From Escherichia coli (GTDB taxonomy: Bacteria; Pseudomonadota; Gammaproteobacteria; Enterobacterales; Enterobacteriaceae): a stretch of 64,000 nucleotides of DNA. Positions 58,044 through 64,000 of the stretch are shown here, piece by piece; within the stretch, counting starts at the first letter, position 1; each line of letters begins with the position of its first letter. The notes beneath the pieces were generated by a model. It saw only the letters and a program-made list of their open reading frames with translations. It was not told where the DNA came from and searched no databases. The stretch is from NCBI RefSeq assembly GCF_050920415.1, contig NZ_CP169309.1; one strand, 5' to 3'. Both the position numbers and the translations under genes were made by a program.

Positions 58044-58856
58044 ATGAAATCACTGTTTAAAGTAACGCTGCTGGCGACCACAATGGCCGTTGCCCTGCAT
58101 GCACCGATCACTTTTGCTGCTGAAGCTGCAAAACCTGCTACAACTGCTGACAGCAAAGCAGCGTTCAAAAATGACGATCAGAAATCAGCTTATGCACTGG
58201 GTGCTTCGCTGGGTCGTTACATGGAAAACTCTCTTAAAGAACAAGAAAAACTGGGCATCAAACTGGATAAAGATCAGCTGATCGCGGGTGTTCAGGATGC
58301 ATTTGCTGATAAGAGCAAACTCTCCGACCAAGAGATCGAACAGACACTGCAAGCATTCGAAGCTCGCGTGAAGTCTTCTGCTCAGGCGAAGATGGAAAAA
58401 GACGCGGCAGATAACGAAGCGAAAGGTAAAGAGTACCGCGAGAAATTTGCCAAAGAGAAAGGTGTGAAAACCTCTTCAACTGGTCTGGTTTATCAGGTAG
58501 TAGAAGCCGGTAAAGGCGAAGCACCGAAAGACAGCGATACTGTTGTCGTGAACTACAAGGGTACGCTGATCGACGGTAAAGAGTTCGACAACTCTTACAC
58601 CCGTGGTGAACCGCTCTCTTTCCGTCTGGACGGTGTTATTCCGGGTTGGACAGAAGGTCTGAAGAACATCAAGAAAGGCGGTAAGATCAAACTGGTTATT
58701 CCACCAGAATTGGCTTACGGCAAAGCGGGTGTTCCGGGGATCCCACCGAATTCTACCCTGGTGTTTGACGTAGAGCTGCTGGATGTGAAACCAGCGCCGA
58801 AGGCTGATGCAAAGCCGGAAGCTGATGCGAAAGCCGCAGATTCTGCTAAAAAATAA
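58044..58856 (+). CDS. fkpA: Periplasmic FKBP-type peptidyl-prolyl isomerase / chaperone FkpA
   Basis: 270 aa with signal peptide, FKBP C-terminal domain. Confidence 0.96.
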   Translation: MKSLFKVTLLATTMAVALHAPITFAAEAAKPATTADSKAAFKNDDQKSAYALGASLGRYMENSLKEQEKLGIKLDKDQLIAGVQDAFADKSKLSDQEIEQTLQAFEARVKSSAQAKMEKDAADNEAKGKEYREKFAKEKGVKTSSTGLVYQVVEAGKGEAPKDSDTVVVNYKGTLIDGKEFDNSYTRGEPLSFRLDGVIPGWTEGLKNIKKGGKIKLVIPPELAYGKAGVPGIPPNSTLVFDVELLDVKPAPKADAKPEADAKAADSAKK

Positions 58857-58864
58857 GCATTAAG

Positions 58865-58896
58865 AACCGCCGCCTGACCAGGCGGCGGTTTTTTTA
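58865..58896 (+). terminator. Intrinsic terminator after fkpA
   Basis: AACCGCCGCC-TGACCA-GGCGGCGGTT followed by TTTTTTTATT. Confidence 0.85.
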
Positions 58897-59022
58897 TTAC
58901 AGGCCGGATATAATTAGTGCTGGAAAGCGGAACCTCCGCTGTATTAATTTAGTTACCCGCATCATTAATGAGCCTGCCCTGAAAAGTTAACGACAGGCTC
59001 CTGAAAAGGAGTGTTTTTTTTC

Positions 59023-60130
<1,108 letters not shown>

Positions 60131-60131
<1 letters not shown>

Positions 60132-60490
60132 TGAAACGAATTGCGTTTGTTTTTTCTACTGCGCCTCATGGTACCGCTGCAGGCCGGGAAGGTTTAGATG
60201 CTTTACTGGCAACTTCCGCATTAACTGACGATCTGGCTGTCTTCTTTATTGCTGATGGCGTTTTTCAGCTGTTGCCAGGACAAAAGCCCGATGCAGTGCT
60301 GGCGCGTGATTACATTGCCACTTTTAAATTGTTGGGTCTGTACGACATTGAACAGTGCTGGGTTTGTGCGGCTTCACTGCGCGAACGCGGGTTAGATCCG
60401 CAGACCCCCTTTGTTGTCGAAGCCACGCCGCTCGAAGCAGATGTCTTACGCCGCGAACTCGCCAACTACGATGTTATTTTGAGGTTTTGA
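60131..60490 (+). CDS. tusC: Sulfur relay protein TusC
   Basis: 119 aa [27 protein letters not shown]... Confidence 0.94.
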
Positions 60491-60497
60491 GGCGTTT

Positions 60498-60785
60498 ATG
60501 CTGCACACATTACATCGTTCACCCTGGCTGACGGATTTTGCTGCGCTGTTGCGTCTACTCAGTGAAGGCGACGAACTGCTATTATTGCAAGATGGTGTAA
60601 CTGCCGCAGTTGACGGTAACCGCTACCTTGAAAGTCTGCGTAATGCCCCCATTAAGGTCTATGCCCTGAACGAAGACCTTATTGCCCGCGGTTTGACTGG
60701 TCAAATTTCGAACGACATCATTCCCATTGACTATACTGATTTCGTCAGACTTACGGTTAAGCACTCCAGCCAGATGGCCTGGTGA
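60498..60785 (+). CDS. tusB: Sulfur relay protein TusB
   Basis: 95 aa [21 protein letters not shown]... Confidence 0.93.
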   Translation: MLHTLHRSPWLTDFAALLRLLSEGDELLLLQDGVTAAVDGNRYLESLRNAPIKVYALNEDLIARGLTGQISNDIIPIDYTDFVRLTVKHSSQMAW

Positions 60786-60807
60786 TGGCGGGATCGTTGT
60801 ATATTTC

Positions 60808-61285
<478 letters not shown>

Positions 61286-61366
61286 TGGTTCTCCGTTAAG
61301 TAAGGCCAAACGTTTTAACTTAAATGTCAAACTAAACTCGTAGAGTTTTGGACAATCCTGAATTAA

Positions 61367-61852
<486 letters not shown>

Positions 61853-61936
61853 TCCCTTCGGAGTTTTAGTCACCAGGCGGGCGCTTCCAGTAAGCAGCCC
61901 GCTTTGGGCTACTTAAATTGAACGCCTAAAAGATAA

Positions 61937-64000
<2,064 letters not shown>

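Overview
This 64 kb window reads as an Escherichia coli-type chromosomal segment, colinear (in reverse-complement orientation) with the K-12 fusA-to-tex region. Gene identities are from my reading of the translated ORF track and recall of the E. coli proteins; no database search was run. Order: tex (partial), greB, ompR-envZ, pckA, yhgE, hslO-hslR-yrfG-igaA, nudE, mrcA, hofMNOPQ, aroK-aroB-damX-dam-rpe-gph-trpS, yhfZYXW-php-yhfUTS, yhfL, cysG-nirCDB, tsgA, ppiA, yhfG-fic-pabA, argD, yhfK, crp, yhfA, prkB, yheUTS, kefGB, yheV, slyD, slyX, fkpA, yheO-tusDCB, rpsL-rpsG-fusA (partial). I found no rRNA, tRNA, CRISPR array, IS element or integrase. Two departures from the K-12 layout stand out. (1) About 2.6 kb of AT-rich DNA sits between the convergent envZ and pckA terminators and carries three co-directional genes: a SUKH/SMI1-KNR4-like protein with a helical-repeat C-terminal extension, a small protein with a SUKH-like C-terminal half, and a two-helix membrane protein. 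No toxin or mobility gene accompanies them; this is the best candidate for an uncharacterised accessory system. (2) The frlABCDR operon is missing between yhfS and yhfL. In addition, rpsG carries the short 156-codon allele, with the K-12-type extension still readable in frame after the stop. Several regulatory elements (the nirB FNR and NarL/NarP sites, the rpsL promoter, a CRP site upstream of crp, intrinsic terminators, REP elements) are visible directly in the sequence.
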